A stretch of 64,000 bases of DNA. Origin: a virus. Shown one piece after another: positions 45,441 through 54,514 of the stretch; the stretch's first letter is position 1; the number at the start of each line of letters is the position of its first letter. The notes beneath the pieces are model-generated. The model worked only from the letters and a program-made list of their open reading frames with translations. It did no database searches and had not been told where the DNA came from. A program made the translations under genes and the position numbers. The DNA lies in the IMG/VR virus record IMGVR_UViG_3300050821_008607, positions 1 to 64,000 of that record. One strand, 5' to 3'.

Positions 45441-45989
45441 TCACATCCCCGCGAGCGAGAAGGACGCCTGCAGCAGGCAGGTGTCGGTCGTCGGCACGGT
45501 CACCGCGGGCGACACCGCCCAGTGGTCCAGCAGCACCCCGGCAACGGCCGGACTGCCCGCGGTTGCGGAGCCGTTCGCGAACACCCCGGCCTCGCTGATG
45601 ACCCAGGTGGTGGCGGGCTGCGGGAAGTAGAACAGCCAGGTGGCCTGCGCGGTCAGCGATGGGGTGGCCGGACTCGACGCGCCCGCCCCGACCGTTTGGC
45701 GCCCCAGCTCCGAGGTGAGCGCTGTATCGGCTGCGGTCGGCGTCGTCGTGCCGTTGCCAACCGCTCCCCATAGTGGCGTGAGGTACGTCGGCGAGGTCAC
45801 CCCGAGGGCTGTGGCCTGGTCCTGGATGCCGGACCACACCAGCGCCGCCATGATCACCGACAGGCCCGCAGTGCACATCGTGTTGTCGCCCTCGCGCCGG
45901 TCCCGGACCGTCCCGTCCGGCCGGAACACCGTCAGCGACAGGCGTCCGTTGATGCCCAGCGACACCGGTGCGGGCCTGATCAGCTCCAT
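45441..45989 (-). CDS. Tail collar/baseplate-like protein
   Basis: N....GL...AVGNGTT.PTAADTALTSEL.R...ISEAGVF...LL.H. Confidence 0.75.
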   Translation of the reverse strand: MELIRPAPVSLGINGRLSLTVFRPDGTVRDRREGDNTMCTAGLSVIMAALVWSGIQDQATALGVTSPTYLTPLWGAVGNGTTTPTAADTALTSELGRQTVGAGASSPATPSLTAQATWLFYFPQPATTWVISEAGVFANGSATAGSPAVAGVLLDHWAVSPAVTVPTTDTCLLQASFSLAGM

Positions 45990-46189
45990 ACCGAGCACCC
46001 CCACGTCGACTGGTCCCAGCCCGGCGGGGCGGAGTGCGTCACCACCGCCGAGTCGGCGAGGGTGCCCTGTTCGGCGGTCTCCACGAAGTCCCCGAAGCCG
46101 TTGACCAGGTCCCCGGTCTGCTGCGACGACTGCTGGTTGAGGGTCCCCAGGACGTCGACGAGGGTCATCGCACGGTTCACGCCGGGCAC
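45980..46189 (-). CDS. Small tail-associated protein
   Basis: Ends WDQSTWGCSVWS; fills the gap between tail genes. Confidence 0.55.
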   Translation of the reverse strand: MPGVNRAMTLVDVLGTLNQQSSQQTGDLVNGFGDFVETAEQGTLADSAVVTHSAPPGWDQSTWGCSVWS

Positions 46190-46205
46190 GGGCCACCGCC
46201 TCCCG

Positions 46206-47606
46206 TCACAGTCGAATGGCGGTGATCTGCGCCTGGCGGTAGCCGCCCTGGCCGAACGTCACGGAGTTGGCGACGATGATGAACGTGCCGTTGATCCCCG
46301 GGATGCGGGAGTTCCTGGAGTCCGGCACGAACCGGTTGACGACCGTGCACGTCTGGCCGGCCCGCGCCCACCCCAGCCACTCCGGGGTGGTGGTGAACGT
46401 GGCGCGCTCGGCCGCGAACGCGTACTCGGTTCGCTGGCGCATCGCCCGGGCCAGGGCCATCGGCGGCGTCGTCAGGCTGGTGTCGTTGATGTACTCGCTG
46501 AACGCGCCACCGTTCGGGCCCGCGTAGGCGACCTGGGAGGGATGGTCGTTGGCGACCGCGACGATCGGAACCTGGTAGTCGTACCAGATCCGCAGGATGA
46601 CCCCCGGGGACGGCTCGTCGGCCGCACCCAGGAACCAGCCGCCGAAGGCATTCTGGGTGATGTACCAGGCCGTTCCGGCCGGGATGGCACTGCCCGCGTT
46701 GACGATCGTAACCGACGTCTGCACGCCGTTGACCTTCAGGATCGGGCTGCCCGTCACCGTGTACCGCAGTGCCCACGAGGTCTGCGACCCGTTGCCCACG
46801 AACACATCCGTTGCGGCCGTCGTCAGCACCGAGCCGTGCGTGATGGTCTGGTTCGCGCCCTGGATCAGGATCCGGTTGCGGATCGACGCGCCGTCCCACT
46901 CGTACGTCGACTGCGCGGTGCCGTCGAAGTGCGCCTCGGTCAGCGACCCGGCCCCGGCCGCGGTCGGACTGGTGGTGAACGTGACCCCGGAGGCCAGGGC
47001 GGTGGTCGAGTCGTAGAAGTGCAGCTTGCGGTTCTCGTCCACGTACCAGCCGTAGGGGGTGACCTGCGACGCGAGTTGTGCCAGCCTCCGCCACGCCTCG
47101 CTGAGGGTGACGTAGTTGAGGACGAACGACGCCAGCTGGGGTCCTGGGGCGACGAAGCCGCCGTTGCGGACCGTCGCCGCCGAGATGCCGCAGTTCGCCT
47201 GCGCGGTCAGCTCGACCACGATCTGGTCGACGGTCTGGCCGATGAACACTCCGTGGACCACGGCGTTGTCCGCGTAGAACGTGTAGTCGACGCAGGACAG
47301 GTCCCACTCGTTGAGGTTCGTGCCCTGCACGCTCAGCGCCGGATTGGTGACCACCCCGGCGAACAGAGTCTGTCCTGCGGTGTTGTCGACCAGCTTCACC
47401 TGCGACATTTCCAGCACGTAGAACGTGCTGGCCGTACCCAGATACTCGTCGACCAGGGGGATCACGGCCGTGTCGCCCTGGCGGCCGAAGTTCTGGTTGA
47501 TCGTCATCGACTGTGCGGCGCCGGCCCGGGCCAGTTTGCTCGTGTAGTTGGTGGGGCTTCCGCCGGGCGGGGTGAGGGTGAGGGTGAGGTTGGGGGGAGC
47601 GACCAT
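46206..47606 (-). CDS. Tail tip/hub protein
   Basis: First co-oriented gene after TMP; LFAGVV, WYVDENRKLHF, IRNRILIQG. Confidence 0.8.
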   Translation of the reverse strand: MVAPPNLTLTLTPPGGSPTNYTSKLARAGAAQSMTINQNFGRQGDTAVIPLVDEYLGTASTFYVLEMSQVKLVDNTAGQTLFAGVVTNPALSVQGTNLNEWDLSCVDYTFYADNAVVHGVFIGQTVDQIVVELTAQANCGISAATVRNGGFVAPGPQLASFVLNYVTLSEAWRRLAQLASQVTPYGWYVDENRKLHFYDSTTALASGVTFTTSPTAAGAGSLTEAHFDGTAQSTYEWDGASIRNRILIQGANQTITHGSVLTTAATDVFVGNGSQTSWALRYTVTGSPILKVNGVQTSVTIVNAGSAIPAGTAWYITQNAFGGWFLGAADEPSPGVILRIWYDYQVPIVAVANDHPSQVAYAGPNGGAFSEYINDTSLTTPPMALARAMRQRTEYAFAAERATFTTTPEWLGWARAGQTCTVVNRFVPDSRNSRIPGINGTFIIVANSVTFGQGGYRQAQITAIRL

Positions 47607-47691
47607 CCGTCACCCCCCGTCTGGTCACAGATGGAGCACGACGGGCCGCTATGCGAGACGCCGGGCGGGTGCCCGGCGCGATACTGCGCGG

Positions 47692-47976
47692 ATGACGACA
47701 CCACCTGCAGTCGCACCGCCCCGCATCCCCATTGGCACGGGCATCAAGTACAAGGATGGCAACCTGGTCATGGGCCAGCTCTGGCAGAAGTGGCGCACGC
47801 CCATGGCGCACGCCACGCTGCAGAGCGTCGGGACCCCCGGCAAGCGCCTCACTATCGTGATCTCCACGCCCTCGGGGGAGACGCGCCGCCACCCCGTCCG
47901 CAAGGAGCACGCAGATCGCGCCACTGCCTGGGTGGTGGCGTTCAACGCCTGGCGGGAGGCCATCGGGCAGGCGTGA
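47692..47976 (+). CDS. 94-aa protein antisense to the late operon, leaderless
   Basis: MTTPPAVAPP...; GATACT six bases before ATG; fills the TMP-to-hub gap. Confidence 0.65.
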   Translation: MTTPPAVAPPRIPIGTGIKYKDGNLVMGQLWQKWRTPMAHATLQSVGTPGKRLTIVISTPSGETRRHPVRKEHADRATAWVVAFNAWREAIGQA

Positions 47977-47988
47977 CCGGCGGCCGGT

Positions 47989-50900
47989 TCAGCCCCGACT
48001 CCGGTAGCCGCCCTGGGGCAGCATCTTGGTGGCCAGGGAGCGGCCGATGTCGTTGATGAGCCTGTCCATGTCGGCCTTCGAGCTGAAGTGCGCGCCCTCG
48101 AAGTGGTTGTGGACCACCAGGGTCCCGCCCCCGCCGCCCGCGCCACCGCCGTAGGAGAGGCCGGCGCCTGCGCCCGCGAGGGACAGGCTGCCCGTCAGGG
48201 CCGTCTGCGCGGAACCGGGCAGTGCCCCGGACAGGTTCCGCACCGCGGCGTGGGCAAGGTGGGCATGGTCGTTGACGCCCTTGGCGATGCCCTCGGGGAT
48301 GGCCATGCCCACGCCGTCCGCGAAGACCTTGCTGGGGCTGTTGATGCCCAGGGCGCTCATGGCGGACTTGAGGGCGTTCTTGGCCAGGTCGCCGACGGAG
48401 TTGAAGAGCCAGCTCGCCGCACCCTCGATTCCGCTGACGATGCCGTTGACGATGTCGGAGCCGATGGACAGGAACTTGGAGCCGATGTTGCTGACGGCGT
48501 TCCAGGCGGACTGCAGTCCCGAGCCGATCGCGGAGCCGATGTTCCCGACGACGCTGACCACGGCGTGCCAGGCCCCGGTGATCGGGTTGATGATCGCGGC
48601 CTTGATGCCGTTCCAGACCGCTGAGGCGGTGGCCTGGATGCCGCGCCAGATGGCGGCCAGGAACGATTCGATGGCGTGGATGATCGGCTGGATTGCCGAC
48701 CAGGTTGCCTGGATCGGCTGAATGATCGTGACCTTGATGGCGTTCCAGGCGAGGCGCGCTCCGGCCTCGATGACATGCCAGGTGGCGACGAAGAATCCGG
48801 CGACGGCGCCCCAGACTGCCTTCGCCGTGCCGATGATCTGCGTGTGGAAGTGGTTCCAGATCCCGATGACCGCCGCGACAGCCGGAAGGAAGATCATCAG
48901 GAGGAGTGGCCACCACTTGGCGAAGAACCCGGAGATCGCGTTCCACACCGTCGTCGTCACCGAAGCGACCGCGTTCCAGGCCGCCTCCAGGGCGTGCCAG
49001 ACTGCCTCCGCCGCACCCACGACCGCACCCCACGCAGCCGCCAGTGCGTGCCCGACCGCCACGGCGGCGGCAGCGATCGCCCGCCACGCCGCCTCCAGGG
49101 CATGCCACATGGCGAAGAACGCGATCCGGACGGCGTCCGCGACGGCGTTGACTACGTCCCGGAAGACCTTGAAGTGGAAGTAGGCGTAGACCACGCCGGC
49201 CACGACGGCGGCGATCGCGATCACGATGAGCTCCGCCGGAGAGAGGATCGCAGCCTCGGCCCCGGCAAAGATCAGCGCAAGGGCGTTCATGACCCCCTGG
49301 ACGATCTCCCAGGCCTTCATGGCCAGGACCACGGCGCCGATCGCACCAGCCACGGCAAGCAGTAGGCCGACGATCTTCTGGTTGTGTGCGATCCACGTCG
49401 CCATCGGCACCACGACCTTGGCGATCGCACCGGCTATCGCGGACACCGGCGGCAGCAGGACCGTGCCGAGCGAGATCCCGGCCGCCTCGATGCTGGCCTT
49501 GGCGACGTCGAGTTTCTGGTTGAACGTGCCCTGGATCGCAGCCCAGTTGTCGACGCCCTTGCCGCCCTTGGTGGCGGACTCCTCGATGGCCTTGGCACCG
49601 TTCTTGAAGGTGTCCATCCGGCCACCGGTGATCATCAGCGCGGTGTTGAGGCCCGTCGACCCGCCCATGAGCTTGGACAGGGCCGCAGTCATGGCCTGCG
49701 CCTGCGGGGAGCCCGACTTCAGGAGGTCGTTGAACGAGCTCGACTTCTTGACCAGCGCCTCGAACTGCTGCGCCAGCGCCTTCTGCGGCAGGCTCAGCCC
49801 GGAGAGGTCCTTGTTGTACTGCTTGGCTGTGATCGTTCCGGCCTGCAGGGCCTTGGCCGTGCCCTGAATGCTCGGCGACAGCTGGCCCATCATGACGTTC
49901 AGGTCCGCGGCGGCGACCTTCGAGTCCTTCAGGCTGCTGATGAAGACCTGGCCGCCCTTGGTGTGCGCGGCCAGCGCATTGGTGACCGTCTCCAGAGTGG
50001 CGACCAGGCCCTTGCTGCCCAGCTCCTGGGTCACGCCGTTGACGCTCAGCCCGAGCGCCTGCATCTCGGACCTGGCCGGCCCCAGCGGATTGGTGAGGTC
50101 GCGGATCGTGAACGCGAGATCCTGGGTGGCCTGCTGCGCGGACATGTTCTGCGCGGTCATGGTCGCGAGTGCGCCGCCGACCTCGGAGAACTTGATGTGA
50201 ACGGCAGCCGCGAGCGGGGCGACGTTGCCGAGTGACGCAGCGAGGTCCTGCATCTTCATGTCACCCTGGCCGACCGTGGTGATCATTTCGTTCATCATCA
50301 CGTTGGCCTTGTCACCGGACATGCCGTAGGCGTTCATCGTTCCCGTGAGCGCCTTCGACACCGTGTCCAGGTCAGCGCCGCCGACCTTCGCACCCTCGGC
50401 CGCGACCCGCATCACATCCAGGCCGCCGTTCGCGGCATGGAACCCCGCCGACTCGACGTGGTACATCCCGGCGGCCATCTGGCTGGTGGTCGTGCCCGTG
50501 TCGGCGGCGATCTGCAGCATCCCGGCCCGAATCTTCGCCAGCCCCGACTGCGACTCACCCGCGTCGGTGACCAGGTGCTCGGTCATCGACTCGAAGTTCC
50601 CCGCCGCCTTGATCGCGAGGACGCCGACGGCGGCCACCGCGAGGCCGGCCATGCCCATGCCCTTGGACATGAGGCTGCCGCCCGCCGCGGCACGTTCTGC
50701 CGATGCGCCGGCGCGGGTGGTCGAGGCCGCAGCTGCATCCGTGGCGGCGGCGGACTCGCCCGACGCCGCAGCGGTCGCGCGCTGCACACTCGCCTGGTGC
50801 TCCTGGGCGGCACCGGCTTCCTTCGCCGCGAGCGCGGACTGCTTCTGCGCATCCGTCAGTGCCCTCGACGCGGCAACGAGACGCTCGGTCGCAGCCGTGT

Positions 50901-51219
50901 CGCCGTCCTCCGCAGCCGCCGCCTGCGACTGGGCCTCCAGAAGGGCCCGCTCGGCGGTGGCCTGCTGCTCGGCGGTCGACGCCACCCGGGACTGGGCGGC
51001 GCTCAGCTTCGCGTCGGCCAGCTCCATCGCGTTGGCGCCCGACGCGGTCTGCAGTAGCGACGCGTCGATCTTCTCCCCGGCCACCCCGGCGACCTCAGCC
51101 GCCCGGGCCGCAGTGCTCGCGAACTTGTCGAACGACGCGTCGATGCGCTCGGCGGTCCGCGTGGCCCTGTCGACGATCTCGATGACGGCCAGGACGGAGA
51201 AACCCTCAACGCTGCCCAC
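47989..51219 (-). CDS. Tape measure protein (TP901-like core)
   Basis: 1076 aa Ala-rich helical, W-spaced repeats, LGINSPSKVF. Confidence 0.95.
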   Translation of the reverse strand: MGSVEGFSVLAVIEIVDRATRTAERIDASFDKFASTAARAAEVAGVAGEKIDASLLQTASGANAMELADAKLSAAQSRVASTAEQQATAERALLEAQSQAAAAEDGDTAATERLVAASRALTDAQKQSALAAKEAGAAQEHQASVQRATAAASGESAAATDAAAASTTRAGASAERAAAGGSLMSKGMGMAGLAVAAVGVLAIKAAGNFESMTEHLVTDAGESQSGLAKIRAGMLQIAADTGTTTSQMAAGMYHVESAGFHAANGGLDVMRVAAEGAKVGGADLDTVSKALTGTMNAYGMSGDKANVMMNEMITTVGQGDMKMQDLAASLGNVAPLAAAVHIKFSEVGGALATMTAQNMSAQQATQDLAFTIRDLTNPLGPARSEMQALGLSVNGVTQELGSKGLVATLETVTNALAAHTKGGQVFISSLKDSKVAAADLNVMMGQLSPSIQGTAKALQAGTITAKQYNKDLSGLSLPQKALAQQFEALVKKSSSFNDLLKSGSPQAQAMTAALSKLMGGSTGLNTALMITGGRMDTFKNGAKAIEESATKGGKGVDNWAAIQGTFNQKLDVAKASIEAAGISLGTVLLPPVSAIAGAIAKVVVPMATWIAHNQKIVGLLLAVAGAIGAVVLAMKAWEIVQGVMNALALIFAGAEAAILSPAELIVIAIAAVVAGVVYAYFHFKVFRDVVNAVADAVRIAFFAMWHALEAAWRAIAAAAVAVGHALAAAWGAVVGAAEAVWHALEAAWNAVASVTTTVWNAISGFFAKWWPLLLMIFLPAVAAVIGIWNHFHTQIIGTAKAVWGAVAGFFVATWHVIEAGARLAWNAIKVTIIQPIQATWSAIQPIIHAIESFLAAIWRGIQATASAVWNGIKAAIINPITGAWHAVVSVVGNIGSAIGSGLQSAWNAVSNIGSKFLSIGSDIVNGIVSGIEGAASWLFNSVGDLAKNALKSAMSALGINSPSKVFADGVGMAIPEGIAKGVNDHAHLAHAAVRNLSGALPGSAQTALTGSLSLAGAGAGLSYGGGAGGGGGTLVVHNHFEGAHFSSKADMDRLINDIGRSLATKMLPQGGYRSRG

Positions 51220-51428
51220 TGTTCGCCCGCCTCTGCTGTTCTTGTTCCTGGCTGGTGATCAGCTGCAGGTAGACGAGGTAGTCCTCAAGCTCACGGGCAG
51301 GCAGCGCTTCGATGTCAGCCTTCGTCATCCCCAGGCGCTGCCAGAACTGCTGCCTCGTCCAGAACGTCGACAGACTCGGCGGCCCCGGTGCCCCCATCCG
51401 GATCGCCGCCGACGCCTCCAGCAGGAAA
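51206..51428 (-). CDS. Frameshift extension of the tail assembly chaperone
   Basis: +1 frame FLLEASAAIRMG...FWQRLGMT..DIEALP..ELEDYL runs up to the TMP start. Confidence 0.65.
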
Positions 51429-51791
51429 CTGACGCGACTCCGCCTTGGTCCTCGCACCGTTCGACTCGTCGATGAGCTCCCACAGCTGGTCGAAGACCAC
51501 GCCGGGCAGGCGCTTGACGGACTGCAGGTTCAGCGGCCAGATCGGGCCGTCGTCCTCGTCGGCGAGGTTCCAGTCGGCGATGCTGGCCAGGAGCAGCGTC
51601 TGCCGGTACTTGACTGTGTCGGGCTTGACCTCGCGGCCTTTCTCGTTGATGACGACGTTCGCCAGCGCGCGCTCGCCGGCTTCCTGCTGTCCGTGGGAGA
51701 GGTGCTGGCGGATGTCGATCCAGTACTTGCCTTCGGGGTCGCCGACCTCGACGCGGGTGATGCCGGAGTAGGCGGAGAGGAATCCGGGCAT
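51315..51791 (-). CDS. Tail assembly chaperone
   Basis: Between tail tube and TMP; SIADWNLADED..IWPL...V.RLP. Confidence 0.85.
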   Translation of the reverse strand: MPGFLSAYSGITRVEVGDPEGKYWIDIRQHLSHGQQEAGERALANVVINEKGREVKPDTVKYRQTLLLASIADWNLADEDDGPIWPLNLQSVKRLPGVVFDQLWELIDESNGARTKAESRQFPAGGVGGDPDGGTGAAESVDVLDEAAVLAAPGDDEG

Positions 51792-51823
51792 GGGGTCCTG
51801 CTTTCGTGCTGAGGGTGGGCATG

Positions 51824-51853
51824 AAAAAGCCCCGGGCCGTCTGGCTCCAGGGC
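51824..51853 (-). terminator. Hairpin plus T-tract after tail tube gene
   Basis: GCCCTGGAGCC-AGAC-GGCCCGGGGC-TTTTT. Confidence 0.55.
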
Positions 51854-51870
51854 GTGCGGTCGGCGGTGTG

Positions 51871-53094
51871 TCAGTACGGGAGGTACGCCGAGTTGGAGAC
51901 CGTGGCCTGCACGGTGTACTGGCTGGCGCCGGTCAGCGGGCGCGAGGCCTCGTAGGTCAGGGCAGACATGACCACGTCCTCGGCCTTCACCGTCGACCCG
52001 TACTTGGCGACGGCGATCTGCGGCATTGTGATCACGATCGTGCCCGCGCTGGCCGGGTGCGCCAGGGTGAACGTCATTGCGCCCAGGGTCTGGTTGTGGG
52101 CGCGGTTGAAGTCGCCGTACGTGGCGTCGTCGAGCGAGGACCAGACGACGTCGACGGCGCCGGAGACGTGCAGGTTCACCGGGGTCAGGAAGCTCGGCCC
52201 GTGGTTCCCGCTGTAGGTGTAGGTCTCCTTGACGCCGTTCTCGATCACGATCCCGACGTTGCTCACGTCGGCCCGGGCGCCGCTGTAGAAGTTGATCGTG
52301 GCCTCGGAGAACACGAACGGCATCTCGTTGGCGACCGACACCGCGCTGGGGTTGTCGAGGATCGCGACGGACTGGCCCATCAGGTCCGCGGTCATCTCCA
52401 CTGCGGTGTTCCCGACCGGGGCCTTGAGGTCGAACTTGTTGACGCGGCATCCGGCGAACTGCAGCGACTGGTAACCGCCCATGTTCTTCTCTACCGTCAG
52501 CGACGGCAGGAGGTTCTGCTGCTGGATGGTGTGCAGGAACGGCGCGGTCACGATCTTCACGGCGGCGCCGGTGAGGTGGTTGTACGTCAGCGCGACGTCC
52601 ACGGTGAGGGTGTTCGTCGCCACGTTGGTGACCTTGCGGACCTCCGCGGTGGTCGTGGGCCCGGTGCCGTTGACGTCGATCTGCACGATCGAGCCGATGG
52701 CGTAGCCGGCCGCGGACGTCACTACGACGGTCGTGGTGCCCGCAGTCAGGCCGCCGTTGAGGGTGGTCGGCGACGTCGACCCGGTGCCGGTGATCCCGGC
52801 CCCGGCGATGTTGTCCGCGCCGATGCTCGCCACCAGCAGCGCCATGGCATTGGACGGGAAGATCGGACCCGTGAGCGATCCGGCGTACTTGGCCTCGCCC
52901 TGCAGGTTGTAGACCTGCTTGTCGCGCAGGTTCTGCATCAGAACCGGCGAGAACCAGCCCGGGTCTTCCTCGGCGGTGTTGTCCGTCATCGGGAGGTAGG
53001 TGGTGGGCGTCAGGGGCACACCGAAGGTGGCCTCCTTTGCCAGTCCGGTCGCGGACAGGGAACCGGGGCGCTCGATGATGTTCGGGTACGGCAT
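51871..53094 (-). CDS. Major tail (tube) protein
   Basis: GLAKEATFG.P, LPSLTVEK, F.GCRVNKF; position. Confidence 0.85.
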   Translation of the reverse strand: MPYPNIIERPGSLSATGLAKEATFGVPLTPTTYLPMTDNTAEEDPGWFSPVLMQNLRDKQVYNLQGEAKYAGSLTGPIFPSNAMALLVASIGADNIAGAGITGTGSTSPTTLNGGLTAGTTTVVVTSAAGYAIGSIVQIDVNGTGPTTTAEVRKVTNVATNTLTVDVALTYNHLTGAAVKIVTAPFLHTIQQQNLLPSLTVEKNMGGYQSLQFAGCRVNKFDLKAPVGNTAVEMTADLMGQSVAILDNPSAVSVANEMPFVFSEATINFYSGARADVSNVGIVIENGVKETYTYSGNHGPSFLTPVNLHVSGAVDVVWSSLDDATYGDFNRAHNQTLGAMTFTLAHPASAGTIVITMPQIAVAKYGSTVKAEDVVMSALTYEASRPLTGASQYTVQATVSNSAYLPY

Positions 53095-53106
53095 GGCCGG
53101 GACCTC

Positions 53107-53370
53107 CTACTGGGCTGCGGTCGGGTCCGGCACCGGGCCGGCAGGAGTGGCGCTGTCGCCAGCGGGGTCAGGCGCCGCGGCCTGTACGGCATCGGTCCTG
53201 GCGGCGCGCTTGGCTTTCGCCGGGCGCTCGGGTGCGGCGGCCTCGATGTCGGCGCGGCGCGTGAACGCCTCGGCGCCCTCGTCGGGGACCTCGAACTCGT
53301 CGCCGGGGGCGACCTCAAGGCCGATGGACGTGAAAAGGACCGGCCCGGGGCCGGTGTAGCGGAGCAGCAC
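53107..53370 (-). CDS. Small virion-associated protein
   Basis: LRYTG......V.PGDEFEVPD. Confidence 0.65.
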   Translation of the reverse strand: MLLRYTGPGPVLFTSIGLEVAPGDEFEVPDEGAEAFTRRADIEAAAPERPAKAKRAARTDAVQAAAPDPAGDSATPAGPVPDPTAAQ

Positions 53371-53373
53371 GGA

Positions 53374-53823
53374 TTAGCCCCTCAGGCTGGCGGAGACGAT
53401 CTGGGAGAACCGCTGCTGGATCAGCGGCAGCAGCGGCTTGATGGCCCTGGTCGGGAACGGGTTCGCGCGCGTACCGGGGTGTTGGACCAGGCGGGCGAAA
53501 CGCGTCTGGCCGCCGTGCTGGAACCGCAGCGCGCGGGCCGTGCGCGGCCGGATGATGTGCGCCGCGGTGCCCTCAAGGACGTACCGCGTGTACGGGGTGT
53601 CGGCGGTGAACACCAGCTGCGCACTGCCCGTGCCGATGTGGCGCTCGAAGCGGACCGAGTCCCGCAACCGTCCGCCCTTGACCGGTGCCACCGGGGCTTC
53701 GCGCCTCAGCGCGTCGTGGACGGCGGGACCCACTACGGCCGCCCAGCGGGACGCCTCGGCGGGGAAGTTGAAGCGCCGCAGCGGCGAGCGGTCCGCGCCG
53801 GAGACGGTCACACGGATGCTCAC
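53374..53823 (-). CDS. HK97 gp10-like head-tail protein
   Basis: APV..GRLRDS...TPY..YV.EGT..H.IRP....LRF...V.HPGT.ANPF. Confidence 0.8.
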   Translation of the reverse strand: MSIRVTVSGADRSPLRRFNFPAEASRWAAVVGPAVHDALRREAPVAPVKGGRLRDSVRFERHIGTGSAQLVFTADTPYTRYVLEGTAAHIIRPRTARALRFQHGGQTRFARLVQHPGTRANPFPTRAIKPLLPLIQQRFSQIVSASLRG

Positions 53824-54323
53824 CCTTGGACCTTTTCCTGTACGTCCAGGCCCAGGCGGCAGGTGTAATACAGCAGCCGCAGATCCGACGGGCTGCGCTC
53901 CGGCGGGTACTCCAATTCGAAGTTCTCGCCCAGCGACAGAATCTGTGTCGCACCCGGCGGCGCGTTGGCCGCGTCGACCGGCTGGCCCTGACCGTCGATC
54001 ATCAGCGGGATCGTTGTCGCCCACGTCGCCGCCATCACCGCATCGACCAGCGCCGGGAACTGCTCGTCGATGCCGGCACTGTCGGGCGTCGTCAGATACG
54101 ACAGGTACACGTCGATGGTCCAGTTGAGGTTCTTGAACCCCTGCCGGCGCGGCGCCGTCTGCCGGTCCCCTCGCAGCCGGCCACCCCACACGTAGGCGCG
54201 GGGCCCGTTCAGGTCCTCGATCATCGGTGGGGTGATGAACGCCGTGAGCGGCGCGGTCGAACCCGGGATCGCGAGGCCCTGGATGATGCCCAGGGTGAGC
54301 TTCTGGACACTGTTGAGCGGCAT
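53820..54323 (-). CDS. Tail terminator-like protein
   Basis: 167 aa, position in connector cluster. Confidence 0.6.
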   Translation of the reverse strand: MPLNSVQKLTLGIIQGLAIPGSTAPLTAFITPPMIEDLNGPRAYVWGGRLRGDRQTAPRRQGFKNLNWTIDVYLSYLTTPDSAGIDEQFPALVDAVMAATWATTIPLMIDGQGQPVDAANAPPGATQILSLGENFELEYPPERSPSDLRLLYYTCRLGLDVQEKVQG

Positions 54324-54370
54324 GGGCCCCTCCTCTCTGCAAGATCGAGGAAGGGCGCGGACGGTCGGGG

Positions 54371-54514
54371 CTACCAGGCCTTGGGGGCGTTGACGGTGCG
54401 GACCTTCGTGCCGCCGCGACGTCCGACGCGATGGTTCGCGACTGCTGCCCGCTTCTTTGCCGCGGCAACGCGCTTTGCTGTCCCGGCGGTGGTGGTTCTG
54501 CGTTTCGTGGTCAT
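54371..54514 (-). CDS. 47-aa very basic peptide (not in ORF track)
   Basis: MTTKRRTTTAGTAKRVAAAKKRAAVANHRVGRRGGTKVRTVNAPKAW; TGATG overlap, GAGGAGG RBS. Confidence 0.65.
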   Translation of the reverse strand: MTTKRRTTTAGTAKRVAAAKKRAAVANHRVGRRGGTKVRTVNAPKAW

